Below are positions 38,821 to 53,400 of a DNA stretch of 64,000 nucleotides, piece after piece. This DNA is from Eledone cirrhosa (Eukaryota), in the NCBI GenBank assembly GCA_964016885.1, contig CAXHJY010001472.1:558001-622000 (forward strand), read 5' to 3'. The position numbers were made by a program, and so were the translations under genes. Positions within the stretch are counted from its first letter, which is position 1, and every line of letters begins with the position of its first letter. Under the pieces are notes generated by a model. It was not told the origin of the DNA. It made no database searches and saw nothing but the letters and a program-made list of their open reading frames with translations.

Positions 38821-41594
38821 TGATTTTTTTAACAAATTATCTCCCTCTGATTTTTTTTACAAATCCCCCTGATTTTTTTAAAAAAATTATCTCCCCTTCG
38901 CTGGCTGGAAATTATCTCCCCTTGGACACTGGAAATTATAGCCCCCTGGAGGGCTGGAAATTATCTTCCCTTGGACGGCTGGAAATTATCTCCCCTTGAT
39001 TTTTTTTACAAATTATCTCCCCCTGATTTTTTTTTTACAAATTATCTCCCCCTGATTTTTTTTAACAAATTATCTCCGCCTGATTTTTTTAAAAAAATTA
39101 TCTCCCCTTGGACGGCTGGAAATTATCTCCCCTTGGACGGCTGGAAATTATCTCCCCTTGGACGGCTAGAAATTACCTCTCCTTGGACGGCTGAAAATTA
39201 TCTCCCCTTGGACGGCTGCAAATTATCTCCCTTGGATTTTTTTTACAAATTATCTCCCCTTGATTTTTTTTTATAAATTATCTCCCCCTGATTTTTTTTA
39301 CAAATTATCTTCCCTTGGACGGCTGGAAATTATCTCCCCTTGGAAGGATGGAAATTATCTCCCCTTGGACGGCTGGAATTTATCTCCCCTTGCACGGCTG
39401 GAAATTATCTCCCCTTGGACAGCTGGAAATTATCTGCCCTTGATTTTTTTTTTACAAATTATCTCCCCCTGATTTTTTTTTACAAATTATCTCCCCCTGA
39501 TTTTTTTTTTACAAATTATCTCCGCCTGATTTTTTTTTAAAATTATCTCCCCTTGGACGGCTGGAAATTATCTCCCCTTGGACGGCTGGAAATTATCTTC
39601 CCTTGGACGGCTAGAAATTACCTCTCCTTGGACGGCTGAAAATTATCTCCCCTTGGACGGCTGGAAATTATCTCCCCTTGATTTTTTTACAAATTATCTG
39701 CCCCTGATTTTTTTTTACAAATTATCTCCCCCTGATTTTTTTTTACAAATTATCTCCCCCTGATTTTTTTTTACAAATTATCTCCCCCTGATTTTTTTTT
39801 TACAAATTATCTCCCCCTGATTTTTTTACAAATTATCTCTCCCTGATTTTTTTTACAATCTCCGCCTGATTTTTTAAAAAATTATCTTCCCTTGGCTGGC
39901 GGGAAATTATCTCCCCTTGGACGGCTGGAAATTATCTCCCCTTGGCTGGAAATTATCTCCCCTTGGACACTGGAAATTATAGCCCCTTGGAGGGCTGGAA
40001 ATTATCTTCCCTTGGACGGCTGGAAATTATCTCCCCTTGATTTTTTTACAAATTATCTGCCCCTGATTTTTTTTTTACAAATTATCTCCCCCTGATTTTT
40101 TTTTACAAATTATCTACCCCTGATTTTTTTTACAAATTATCTCCCCCTGATTTTTTTTTTACAAATTATCTCCCCCTGATTTTTTTAAAAATGATCTCCC
40201 CTTGGACGGCTGGAAATGATCTCCCCTTGGCTGGTTGGAAATTATCTCCCCTTGGACCGCTAGAAATTATCTCTCCTTGGACGGCTGGAAATTATTTCCC
40301 CTTGATTTTTATTACAAATCTCCCCCTAATTTAAAAAAAAATTATCTCCCCTTCGCTGGCTGGAAATTATCTCCCTTTGGACGGCTGGAAATTATAGCCC
40401 CTTGTAGGGCTGGAAATTATCTCCCCTTGGACGGCTGGAAATTATCTCCCCTTGATTTTTTTTACAAATTATCTCCCCCTGATTTTTTAAAAAATGATCT
40501 CCCCTTGGACGGCTGGAAATGATCTCCCCTTGGCTGCTTGGAAATTATCTCCCCTTGATTTTTTTACAAATTATCTCCCCCTGATTTTTTTTACAAATCT
40601 CCCAGTGATTTTTAAAAAAAATTTTCTCCCCTTCGCTGGCTGGAAATTATCTCCCCTTGGACGCTGGAAATTATAGCCCCTTGGAAGGCTGGAAATTATC
40701 TTCCCTTGGACGGCTGGAAATTATCTCCCCTTGATTTTTTTTTACAAATTATCTCCCCCTGATTTTTTTTTTTACAAATTATCTCCCCCTGATTTTTTTT
40801 AACAAATTATCTCCGCCTGATTTTTTAAAAAAAATTATCTCCCCTTGGACGGCTGGAAATTATCTCCCCTTGGACGGCTGGAAATTATCTCCCCTTGGAC
40901 GGCTAGAAATTACCTCTCCTTGGACGGCTGAAAATTATCTCCCCTTGGACGGCTGCAAATTATCTCCCCTTGATTTTTTTTACAAATTATCTCCCCTTGA
41001 TTTTTTTTTACAAATTATCTCCCCCTGATTTTTTTTACAAATTATCTTCCCTTGGACGGCTGGAAATTATCTCCCCTTGGCTGGAAATTATCTCCCCTTG
41101 GACGGCTAGAAATTATCTCTCTTTGGACGGCTGGAAATTATCTCCCTTTGATTTTTTTAACAAATTATCTCCCTCTGATTTTTTTTACAAATCTCCCCCT
41201 GATTTTTTTAAAAAAATTATCTCCCCTTCGCTGGCTGGAAATTATCTCCCCTTGGACACTGGAAATTATAGCCCCCTGGAGGGCTGGAAATTATCTTCCC
41301 TTGGACGGCTGGAAATTATCTCCCCTTGATTTTTTTTACAAATTATCTCCCCCTGATTTTTTTTTACAAATTATCTCCCCCTGATTTTTTTTACAAATTA
41401 TCTCCCCCTGATTTTTTTTTACAAATTATCTCCCCCTGATATTTTTTTTAGAAATTATCTCCGCCTGATTTTTTTTTAAAAATTATCTCCCCTTGGACGG
41501 CTGGAAATTATCTCCCCTTGGACGGCTGGAAATTATCTCCCCTTGAACGGCTAGAAATTACCTCTCCTTGGACGGCTGAAAATTATCTCCCCTT

Positions 41595-44500
41595 GGACGG
41601 CTGCAAATTATCTCCCCTTGATTTTTTTTACAAATTATCTCCCCCTGATTTTTTTTTTACAAATTATCTCCCCCTGATTTTTTTTTTACAAATCTCCGCC
41701 TGATTTTAAAAAAAAATTATCTCCCCTTGGACGGCTGGAAATTATCTCCCCTTGGACGGCTGGAAATTATCTTCCCTTGGACGGCTAGAAATTACCTCTC
41801 CTTGGACGGCTGAAAATTATCTCCCCTTGGACGGCTGGAAATTATCTCCCCTTGATTTTTTTACAAATTATCTGCCCCTGATTTTTTTTTTACAAATTAT
41901 CTCCCCCTGATTTTTTTAAAAATGATCTCCCCTTGGACGGCTGGAAATGATCTCCCCTTGGCTGGTTGGAAATTATCTCCCCTTGGACCGCTAGAAATAA
42001 TCTCTCCTTGGACGGCTGGAAATTATCTCCCCTTGATTTTTTTTACAAATCTCCCCCTAATTTAAAAAAAAATTATCTCCCCTTCGCTGGCTGGAAATTA
42101 TCTCCCTTTGGACGGCTGGAAATTATAGCCCCTTGTAGGGCTGGAAATTATCTCCCCTTGGACGGCTGGAAATTATCTCCCCTTGATTTTCTTTACAAAT
42201 TATCTCCCCCTGACTTTTTAAAAAATGATCTCCCCTTGGACGGCTGGAAATGATCTCCCCTTGGCTGGTTGGAAATTTTCTCCCCTTGGACGGCTGAAAA
42301 TTATCTCCCCTTGGACGGCTGCAAATTATCTCCCCTTGATTTTTTTTACAAATTATCTCCCCTTGATTTTTTTTTACAAATTATCTCCCCCTGATTTTTT
42401 TTACAAATTATCTTCCCTTGGACGGCAGGAAATTATCTCCCCTTGGAAGGATGGAAATTATCTCCCCTTGGACGGCTGGAAATTATCTCCCCTTGCACGG
42501 CTGGAAATTATCTCCCCTTGGACAGCTGGAAATTATCTGCCCTTGATTTTGTTTTTACAAATTATCTCCCCCTGATTTTTTTTACAAATTATCTCCACCT
42601 GATTTTTTTAAAAATGATCTCCCCTTGGACGGCTGGAAATGATCTCCCCTTGGCTGGTTGGAAATTTTCTCCCCTTGGACCGCTAGAAATTATCTCTCCT
42701 TGGACGGCTGGAAATTATCTCCCCTTGATTTTTTTACAAATTATCTCCCCCTGATTTTTTTTACAAATCTCCCAGTGATTTTTTAAAAAAATTATCTCCC
42801 CTTCGCTGGCTGGAAATTATCTCCCCTTGGACGCTGGAAATTATAGCCCCTTGGAGGGCTGGAAATTATCTTCCCTTGGACGGCTGGAAATTATCTCCCC
42901 TTGATTTTTTTTACAAATTATCTCCCCCTGATTTTTTTTTACAAATTATCTCCCCCTGATTCTTTTTACAAATTATCTCCCCCTGATTTTTTTTAACAAA
43001 TTATCTCCCCTTGGACGGCTGGAAATTATCTCCCCTTGGACGGCTGGAAATTATCTCCCCTTGGACGGCTAGAAATTACCTCTCCTTGGACAGCTGAAAA
43101 TTATCTCCCCTTGGACGGCTGCAAATTATCTCCCCTTGATTTTTTTTTACAAATTATCTCCCCCTGATTTTTTTTACAAATTATCTCCCCCTGATTTTTT
43201 TTACAAATTATCTCCCCCTGATTTTTTTTACAAAATATCTCCCCCTGATTTTTTTACAAATTATCTCCCCCTGATTTTTTTTACAATCTCCGCCTGATTT
43301 TTTTAAAAATTATCTTGCCTTGGCTGGCTGGAAATTATCTCCCCTTGGACGGCTGGAAATTATCTCCCCTTGGAAGGATGGAAATTATCTCCCCTTGGAC
43401 GGCTGGAAATTATCTCCCCTTGCACGGCTGGAAATTATCTCCCCTTGGACAGCTGGAAATTATCTGCCCTTGATTTTGTTTTTACAAATTATGTTCCCCT
43501 GATTTTTTTTACAAATTATCTCCACCTGATTTTTTAAAAAATTATCTCCCCTTGGACGGCTGGAAATTATCTCCCCTTGGTTGGAAATTATCTCCCCTTG
43601 GACGGCTAGAAATTATCTCTGTTTGGACGAATGGAAATTATCTCCCTTTGATTTTTTTAACAAATTATCTCCCTCTGATTTTTTTTACAAATCTCCCCCT
43701 GATTTTTTTAAAAAAATTATCTCCCCTTCGCTGGCTGGAAATTATCTCCCCTTGGACACTGGAAATTATAGCCCCCTGGAGGGCTGGAAATTATCATCCC
43801 TTGGACGGCTGGAAATTATCTCCCCTTGATTTTTTTTACAAATTATCTCCCCCTGATTTTTTTTTTACAAATTATCTCCCCCTGATTTTTTTTACAAATT
43901 ATCTCCCCCTGATTTTTTTAAAAATTATCTTCCCTTGGCTGGCGGGAAATTATCTCCCCTTGGACGGCTGGAAATTATCTCCCCTTGGAAGGATGGAAAT
44001 TATCTCCCCTTGGACAGCTGGAAATTATCTCCCCTTGGACGGCTGAAAATTATCTCCCCTTGATTTTTTTTTTACAAATTATCTCCCCCTGATTTTTTTT
44101 TACAAATTATCTCCCCCTGATTTTTTTTTTACAAATTATCTCTCCCTGATTTTTTTTTACAAATATCTCCCCTTGGCTGGCTGGAAATTATCTCCCCTTG
44201 GACGGTTGGAAATTATCTCCCCTTGGACGGCTGGAAATTATCTCCCCTTGAACGGCTGGAAATTATCTCCTCTTGGACGGCTGGAAATTATCTCCCCTTG
44301 GACGGCTGGAAATTATCTCCCCTTGGACCGCTAGAAATTATCTCTCCTTGGACGGCTGGAAATTATCTCCCCTTGATTTTTCTACAAATTATCTCGTCCT
44401 GATTTTTTTTACAAATCTCCCAGTGATTTTTAAAAAAAAATTATCTCCCCTTCGCTGGCTGGAAATTATCTCACCTTGGACGCTGGAAATTATAGCCCCT

Positions 44501-47500
44501 TGGAGGGCTGGAAATTATCTTCACTTGGACGGCTGGAAATTATCTCCCCTTGATTTTTTTTACAAATTATCTCCCCCTGATTTTTTTTTACAAATTATCT
44601 CCCCCGGATTTTTTTTTATAAATTATCTCCCCCTGATTTTTTTTAACAAATTATCTCCGCCTGATTTTTAAAAAAAAATTATCTCCCCTTAGACGGCTGG
44701 AAATTATCTCCCCTTGGACGGCTGGAAATTATCTCCCCTTGGACGGCTAGAAATTAGACGGCTGAAAATTATCTCCCCTTGGACGGCTGCAAATAATCTC
44801 CCCTTGATTTTTTTTACAAATTATCTCCCCCTGATTTTTTTTTACAAATTATCTCCCCCTGATTTCTTTTTACAAATTATCTCCCCCTGATTTTTTTTTA
44901 CAAATTATCTACCCCTGATTTTTTTTTACAAATTATCTCCCCCTGATTTTTTTTTACAAATTATCTCCCCCTGATTTTTTTTTACAAATTATCTCCCCCT
45001 GATTTTTTTTTTACAAATTATCTCCCCCTGATTTTTTTACAAATTATCTCCCCCTGATTTTTTTTACAATCTCCGCCTGATTTTTTAAAAAATGATCTCC
45101 CCTTGGACGGCTGGAAATGATCTCCCCTTGGCTGGTTGGAAATTATCTCCCCTTGGACCGCTAGAAATTATCTCTCCTTGGACGGCTGGAAATTATCTCC
45201 CCTTGATTTTTTTACAAATTATCTCCCCCTGATTTTTTTTACAAATCTCCCAGTGATTTTTTAAAAAAAATTATCTCCCCTTCGCTGGCTGGAAATTATC
45301 TCCCCTTGGACGCTGGAAATTATAGCCCCCTTGGAGGGCTGGAAATTATCTTCCCTTGGACGGCTGGAAATTATCTCCCCTTGATTTTTTTTACAAATTA
45401 TCTCCCCCTGATTTTTTTTTACAAATTATCTCCGCCTGATTTTTAAAAAAAAATTATCTCCCCTTGGACGGCTGGAATTATCTCCCCTTGGACGGCTGGA
45501 AATTATCTCCCCTTGGACGGCTAGAAATTACCTCTCCTTGGACGGCTGAAAATTATCTCCCCTTGGACGGCTGCAAATTATCTCCCCTTGATTTTTTTTA
45601 CAAATTATCTCCCCCTGATTTTTTTTTACAAATTATCTACCCCTGATTTTTTTTACAAATTATCTCCCCCTGATTTTTTTTTACAAATTATCTCCCCCTG
45701 ATTTTTTTTTACAAATTATCTCCCCCTGATTTTTTTACAAATTATCTCCCCCTGATTTTTTTTACAATCTCCGCCTGATTTTTTAAAAAATAATCTTCCC
45801 TTGGCTGGCGGGAAATTATCTCCCCTTGGACGGCTGGAAATTATCTCCCCTTGGAAGGATAGAAATTATCTCCCCTTGGACGGCTGGAAATTATCTCCCC
45901 TTGCACGGCTGGAAATTATCTCCCCTTGGACAGCTGGAAATTATCTGCCCTTGATTTTGTTTTTACAAATTATCTCCCCCTGATTTTTTTTACAAATTAT
46001 CTCCACCTGATTTTTTAAAAAATTATCTCCCCTTGGACGGCTGGAAATTATCTCCCCTTGGCTGGAAATTATCTCCCCTTGGACGGCTAGAAATTATCTC
46101 TCTTTGGACGGCTGGAAATTATCTCCCTTTGATTTTTTTACAAATTATCTCCCTCTGATTTTTTTTACAAATCTCCCCCTGATTTTTAAAAAAAAATTAT
46201 CTCCCCTTCGCTGGCTGGAAATTATCTCCCCTTGGACACTGGAAATTATAGCCCCTTGGAGGGCTGGAAATTATCTTCCCTTGGACGGCTGGAAATTATC
46301 TCCCCTTGATTTTTTTTACAAATTATCTCCCCCTGATATTTTTTTTACAAATTATCTCCCCCTGATTTTTTTACAAATTATCTCCCCCTGATTTTTTTTA
46401 CAAATTATCTCCGCCTGATTTTTTTAAATATTATCTTCCCTTGGCTGGCGGGAAATTATCTCCCCTTGGACGGTTGGAAATTATCTCCCCTTGCACTGCT
46501 GGAAATTATCTCCCCTTGGACGGCTGGAAATTATCTCCCCTTGCACGGCTGGAAATTATCATCCCCTTGGACGGCTGAAAATTATCTCCCCTTGATTTTT
46601 TTTTACAAATTATCTGCCCCTGATTTTTTTTTACAAATTATCTTCCCCTGATTTTTTTTTACAAATTATCTCCGCCTGATTTTTAAAAAAAAATTATCTC
46701 CCCTTAGACGGCTGGAAATTATCTCCCCTTGGACGGCTGGAAATTATCTCCCCTTGGACGGCTAGAAATTGGACGGCTGAAAATTATCTCCCCTTGGACG
46801 GCTGCAAATTATCTCCCCTTGATTTTTTTTACAAATTATCTCCCCCTGATTTTTTTTTACAAATTATCTCCCCCTGATTTTTTTTTTACAAATTATCTCC
46901 CCCTGATTTTTTTACAAATTATCTCCCCCTGATTTTTTTTACAATCTCCGCCTGATTTTTTAAAAAATTATCTTCCCTTGGCTGGCGGGAAATTATCTCC
47001 CCTTGGACGGCTGGAAATTATCTCCCCTTGGCTGGAAATTATCTCCCCTTGGACACTGGAAATTATAGCCCCTTGGAGGGCTGGAAATTATCTTCCCTTG
47101 GACGGCTGGAAATTATCTCCCCTTGATTTTTTTACAAATTATCTGCCCCTGATTTTTTTTTACAAATTATCTCCCCCTGATTTTTTTTTACAAATTATCT
47201 ACCCCTGATTTAAAAATGATCTCCCCTTGGACGGCTGGAAATGATCTCCCCTTGGCTGGTTGGAAATTATCTCCCCTTGGACCGCTAGAAATTATCTCTC
47301 CTTGGACGGCTGGAAATTATTTCCCCTTGATTTTTTTTACAAATCTCCCCCTAATTTAAAAAAAAATTATCTCCCCTTCGCTGGCTGGAAATTATCTCCC
47401 TTTGGACGGCTGGAAATTATAGCCCCTTGTAGGGCTGGAAATTATCTCCCCTTGGACGGCTGGAAATTATCTCCCCTTGATTTTTTTTACAAATTATCTC

Positions 47501-47890
47501 CCCCTGATTTTTTTAAAAATGATCTCCCCTTGGACGGCTGGAAATGATCTCCCCTTGGCTGGTTGGAAATTATCTCCCCTTGGACCGCTAGAAATTATCT
47601 CTCCTTGGATGGCTGGAAATTATCTCCCCTTGATTTTTCTACAAATTATCTCCCCCTGATTTTTTTTACAAATCTCCCAGTGATTTTTAAAAAAAATTTT
47701 CTCCCCTTCGCTGGCTGGAAATTATCTCCCCTTGGACGCTGGAAATTATAGCCCCTTGGAAGGCTGGAAATTATCTTCCCTTGGACGGCTGGAAATTATC
47801 TCCCCTTGATTTTTTTTTACAAATTATCTCCCCCTGATTTTTTTTTTTACAAATTATCTCCCCCTGATTTTTTTTAACAAATTATCTCCC
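41595..47890 (+). repeat. Copy of ~1-6120 (~41.6-42.0 kb offset)
   Basis: Offsets 1367->43320 (41953), 3638->45464, 3975->45801, 4641->46466 and 5153->46978 (41825-41826), and 5496->47260 (41764). Confidence 0.88.
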
Positions 47891-50450
47891 CCTGATTTTT
47901 TTTACAAATTATCTCCGCCTGATTATTTTAAATATTATCTTCCCTTGGCTGGCGGGAAATTAGCTCCCCTTGGACGGCTGGAAATTATCTCCCCTTGCAC
48001 TGCTGGAAATTATCTCCCCTTGGACGGCTGGAAATTATCTGCCCTTGATTTTGTTTTTGCAAATTATCTTCCCCTGATTTTTTTAACAAATTATCTCCAC
48101 CTGATTTTAAAAAAAAATTATCTCCCCTCGGACGGCTGGAAATTATCTCCCCTTGGCTGGAAATTATCTCCCCTTGGACGGCTAGAAATGATCTCTCTTT
48201 GGACGGCTGGAAATTATCTCCCTTGATTTTTTTTACAAATTATCTCCCCCTGATTTTTTTACAAATTATCTCCCCCTGATTTTTTTTACAATCTCCGCCT
48301 GATTTTTTTAAAAATGATCTCCCCTTGGACGGCTGGAAATGATCTCCCCTTGGACGCTGGAAATTATAGCCCCTTGGAGGGCTGGAAATTATCTCCCCTT
48401 GGACGGCTGGAAATTATCTCCCCTTGGACGGCTAGAAATTACCTCTCCTTGGACGGCTGAAAATTATCTCCCCTTGGACGGCTGCAAATTATCTCCCCTT
48501 GATTTTTTTTACAAATTATCTCCCCTTGATTTTTTTTTACAAATTATCTCCCCCTGATTTTATTTACAAATTATCTCCCCCTGATTTTTTTTTACAAATT
48601 ATCTCCCCCTGATTTTTTTTTACAAATTATCTCCCCCTGATTTTTTTACAAATTATCTTCCCTTGGCTGGCGGGAAATTATCTCCCCTTGGACGGCTGGA
48701 AATTATCTCCCCTTGGAAGGATGGAAATTATCTCCCCTTGCACGGCTGGAAATTATCTCCCCTTGCACGGCTGGAAATTATCTCCCCTTGGACAGCTGGA
48801 AATTATCTGCCCTTGATTTTGTTTTTACAAATTATCTACCCCTGATTTTTTTTACAAATTATCTCCCCCTGATTTTTTTTTTACAAATTATCTCCCCATG
48901 ATTTTTTTAAAAATGATCTCCCCTTGGACGGCTGGAAATGATCTCCCCTTGGCTGGTTGGAAATTATCTCCCCTTGGACCGCTAGAAATTATCTCTCCTT
49001 GGACGGCTGGAAATTATCTCCCCTTGATTTTTTTCACAAATCTCCCCCTAATTTAAAAAAAAATTATCTCCCCTTCGCTGGCTGGAAATTATCTCCCTTT
49101 GGACGGCTGGAAATTATAGCCCCTTATAGGGCTGGAAATTATCTCCCCTTGGACGGCTGGAAATTATCTCCCCTTGATTTTTTTAACAAATTTTCTCCCC
49201 CTGATTTTTTTAAAAATGATCTCCCCTTGGACGGCTGGAAATGATCTCCCCTTGGCTGGTTGGAAATTATCTCCCCTTGGACCGCTAGAAATTATCTCTC
49301 CTTGGACGGCTGGAAATTATGTCCCCTTGATTTTTTTTACAAATCTCCCCCTAATTTAAAAAAAAATTATCTCCCCTTCGCTGGCTGGAAATTATCTCCC
49401 CTTGGACGCTGGAAATTATAGCCCCTTGGAGGGCTGGAAATTATCTTACCTTGGACGGCTGGAAATTATCTCCCCTTGATTTTTTTTTACAAATTATCTC
49501 CCCCTGATTTTTTTTTATAAATTATCTCCCCCTGATTTTTTTTACAAATTATCTCCCCCTGATTTTTCTTAACAAATTATCTCCGCCTGATTTTTTTAAA
49601 AAAATTATCTCCCCTTGGACGGCTGGAAATTATCTCCCCTTGGACGGCTGGAAATTATCTCCCCTTGGACGGCTAGAAATTACCTCTCCTTGGACGGCTG
49701 AAAATTATCTCCCCTTGGACGGCTGCAAATTATCTCCCCTTGATTTTTTTTACAAATTATCTCCCCTTGATTTTTTTTTACAAATTATCTCCCCCTGATT
49801 TTTTTTACAAATTATCTCCCCCTGATTTTTTTTTACAAATTATCTCCCCCTGATTTTTTTTACAAATTATCTCCCCCTGATTTTTTTACAAATTATCTTC
49901 GCTTGGCTGGCGGGAAATTATCTCCCCTTGGACGGCTGGAAATTATCTCCCCTTGGAAGGATGGAAATTATCTCCCCTTGGACGGCTGGAAATTATCTCC
50001 CCTTGCACGGCTGGAAATTATCTCCCCTTGGACAGCTGGAAATTATCTGCCCTTGAATTTGTTTTTACAAATTATCTCCCCCTGATTTTTTTTACAAATT
50101 ATCTCCACCTGATTTTTTAAAAAATTATCTCCCCTTGGACGGCTGGAAATTATCTCCCCTTGGCTGGAAATTATCTCCCCTTGGACGGCTAGAAATTATC
50201 TCTCTTTGGACGGCTGGAAATTATCTCCCTTTGATTTTTTTAACAAATTATCTCCCTCTGATTTTTTTTACAAATCTCCCCCTGATTTTTTTAAAAAAAT
50301 TATCTCCCCTTCGCTGGCTGGAAATTATCTCCCCTTGGACACTGGAAATTATAGCCCCCTGGAGGGCTGGAAATTATCTTCCCTTGGAAGGCTGGAAATT
50401 ATCTCCCCTTGATTTTTTTTACAAATTATCTGCCCCTGATATTTTTTTTA
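47890..50450 (+). repeat. More diverged island of the same satellite with many window-unique variants
   Basis: Variants that I did not see elsewhere, e.g. TAGCTCCCC (~47961), TTTTGCAAA (~48055), CCCTCGGACG (~48125), TTCACAAA (~49033), TTATAGGG (~49124), TATGTCCCC (~49318), CTTACCTTGG (~49445), CTTCGCTTGG (~49897) and TTGAATTT (~50053). Confidence 0.75.
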
Positions 50451-50459
50451 CAAATTATC

Positions 50460-53400
50460 TCCCCCTGATTTTTTTAAAAATGATCTCCCCTTGGACGGCT
50501 GGAAATGATCTCCCCTTGGCTGGTTGGAAATTATCTCCCCTTGGACCGCTAGAAATTATCTCTCCTTGGATGGCTGGAAATTATCTCCCCTTGATTTTTC
50601 TACAAATTATCTCCCCCTGATTTTTTTTACAAATCTCCCAGTGATTTTAAAAAAAAATTTTCTCCCCTTCGCTGGCTGGAAATTATCTCCCCTTGGACGC
50701 TGGAAATTATAGCCCCTTGGAAGGCTGGAAATTATCTTCCCTTGGACGGCTGGAAATTATCTCCCCTTGATTTTTTTTTACAAATTATCTCCCCCTGATT
50801 TTTTTTTTTACAAATTATCTCCCCCTGATTTTTTTTAACAAATTATCTCCGCCTGATTTTTTTAAAAAAATTATCTCCCCTTGAACGGCTGGAAATTATC
50901 TCCCCTTGGACGGCTGGAAATTATCTCCCCTTGGACGGCTAGAAATTACCTCTCCTTGGACGGCTGAAAATTATCTCCCCTTGGACGGCTGCAAATTATC
51001 TCCCCTTGATTTTTTTTACAAATTATCTCCCCTTGATTTTTTTTTACAAATTATCTCCCCCTGATTTTTTTTACAAATTATCTTCCCTTGGACGGCTGGA
51101 AATTATCTCCCCTTGGAAGGATGGAAATTATCTCCCCTTGGACGGCTGGAAATTATCTCCCCTTGCACGGCTGGAAATTATCTCCCCTTGGACAGCTGGA
51201 AATTATCTGCCCTTGATTTTGTTTTTACAAATTATCTCCCCCTGATTTTTTTTACAAATTATCTCCACCTGATTTTTTTAAAAATTATCTCCCCTTGGAC
51301 GGCTGGAAATTATCTCCCCTTGGCTGGAAATTATCTCCCCTTGGACGGCTAGAAATTATCTCTCTTTGGACGGCTGGAAATTATCTCCCTTTGATTTTTT
51401 TAACAAATTATCTCCCTCTGATTTTTTTTACAAATCTCCCCCTGATTTTTTTAAAAAAATTATCTCCCCTTCGCTGGCTGGAAATTATCTCCCCTTGGAC
51501 ACTGGAAATTATAGCCCCCTGGAGGGCTGGAAATTATCTTCTCTTGGACGGCTGGAAATTATCTCCCCTTGATTTTTTTTACAAATTATCTCCCCCTGAT
51601 TTTTTTTTACAAATTATCTCCCCCTGATTTTTTTTACAAATTATCTCCCCCTGATTTTTTTTTACAAATTATCTCCCCCTGATATTTTTTTTACAAATTA
51701 TCTCCGCCTGATTTTTTAAAAAAAATTATCTCCCCTTGGACGGCTGGAAATTATCTCCCCTTGGACGGCTGGAAATTATCTCCCCTTGGACGGCTAGAAA
51801 TTACCTCTCCTTGGACGGCTGAAAATTATCTCCCCTTGGACGGCTGCAAATTATCTCCCCTTGATTTTTTTTACAAATTATCTCCCCCTGATTTTTTTTT
51901 TACAAATTATCTCCCCCTGATTTTTTTTTTACAAATCTCCGCCTGATTTTTAAAAAAAATTATCTCCCCTTGGACGGCTGGAAATTATCTCCCCTTGGAC
52001 GGCTGGAAATTATCTTCCCTTGGACGGCTAGAAATTACCTCTCCTTGGACGGCTGAAAATTATCTCCCCTTGGACGGCTGGAAATTATCTCCCCTTGATT
52101 TTTTTACAAATTATCTGCCCCTGATTTTTTTTTTACAAATTATCTCCCCCTGATTTTTTTAAAAATGATCTCCCCTTGGACGGCTGGAAATGATCTCCCC
52201 TTGGCTGGTTGGAAATTATCTCCCCTTGGACCGCTAGAAATAATCTCTCCTTGGACGGCTGGAAATTATCTCCCCTTGATTTTTTTTTACAAATCTCCCC
52301 CTAATTTAAAAAAAAATTATCTCCCCTTCGCTGGCTGGAAATTATCTCCCTTTGGACGGCTGGAAATTATAGCCCCTTGTAGGGCTGGAAATTATCTCCC
52401 CTTGGACGGCTGGAAATTATCTCCCCTTGATTTTCTTTACAAATTATCTCCCCCTGACTTTTTTAAAAATGATCTCCCCTTGGACGGCTGGAAATGATCT
52501 CCCCTTGGCTGGTTGGAAATTTTCTCCCCTTGGACCGCTAGAAATTATCTCTCCTTGGACGGCTGGAAATTATCTCCCCATGATTTTTTTACAAATTATC
52601 TCCCCCTGATTTTTTTTACAAATCTCCCAGTGATTTTTTAAAAAAATTATCTCCCCTTCGCTGGCTGGAAATTATCTCCCCTTGGACGCTGGAAATTATA
52701 GCCCCTTGGAGGGCTGGAAATTATCTTCCCTTGGACGGCTGGAAATTATCTCCCCTTGATTTTTTTTACAAATTATCTCCCCCTGATTTTTTTTTACAAA
52801 TTATCTCCCCCTGATTTTTTTTACAAATTATCTCCCCCTGATTTTTTTAAACAAATTATCTCCCCTTGGACGGCTGGAAATTATCTCCCCTTGGACGGCT
52901 GGAAATTATCTCCCCTTGGACGGCTAGAAATTACCTCTCCTTGGACAGCTGAAAATTATCTCCCCTTGGACGGCTGCAAATTATCTCCCCTTGATTTTTT
53001 TTACAAATTATCTCCCCTTGATTTTTTTTTACAAATTATCTCCCCCTGATTATTTTTACAAATTATCTCCCCCTGATTTTTTTTTACAAATTATCTCCCC
53101 CTGATTTTTTTTACAAAATATCTCCCCCTGATTTTTTTACAAATTATCTCCCCCTGATTTTTTTTACAATCTCCGCCTGATTTTTTTAAAAATTATCTTG
53201 CCTTGGCTGGCTGGAAATTATCTCCCCTTGGACGGCTGGAAATTATCTCCCCTTGGAAGGATGGAAATTATCTCCCCTTGGACGGCTGGAAATTATCTCC
53301 CCTTGCACGGCTGGAAATTATCTCCCCTTGGACAGCTGGAAATTATCTGCCCTTGATTTTGTTTTTACAAATTATGTTCCCCTGATTTTTTTTAGAAATT

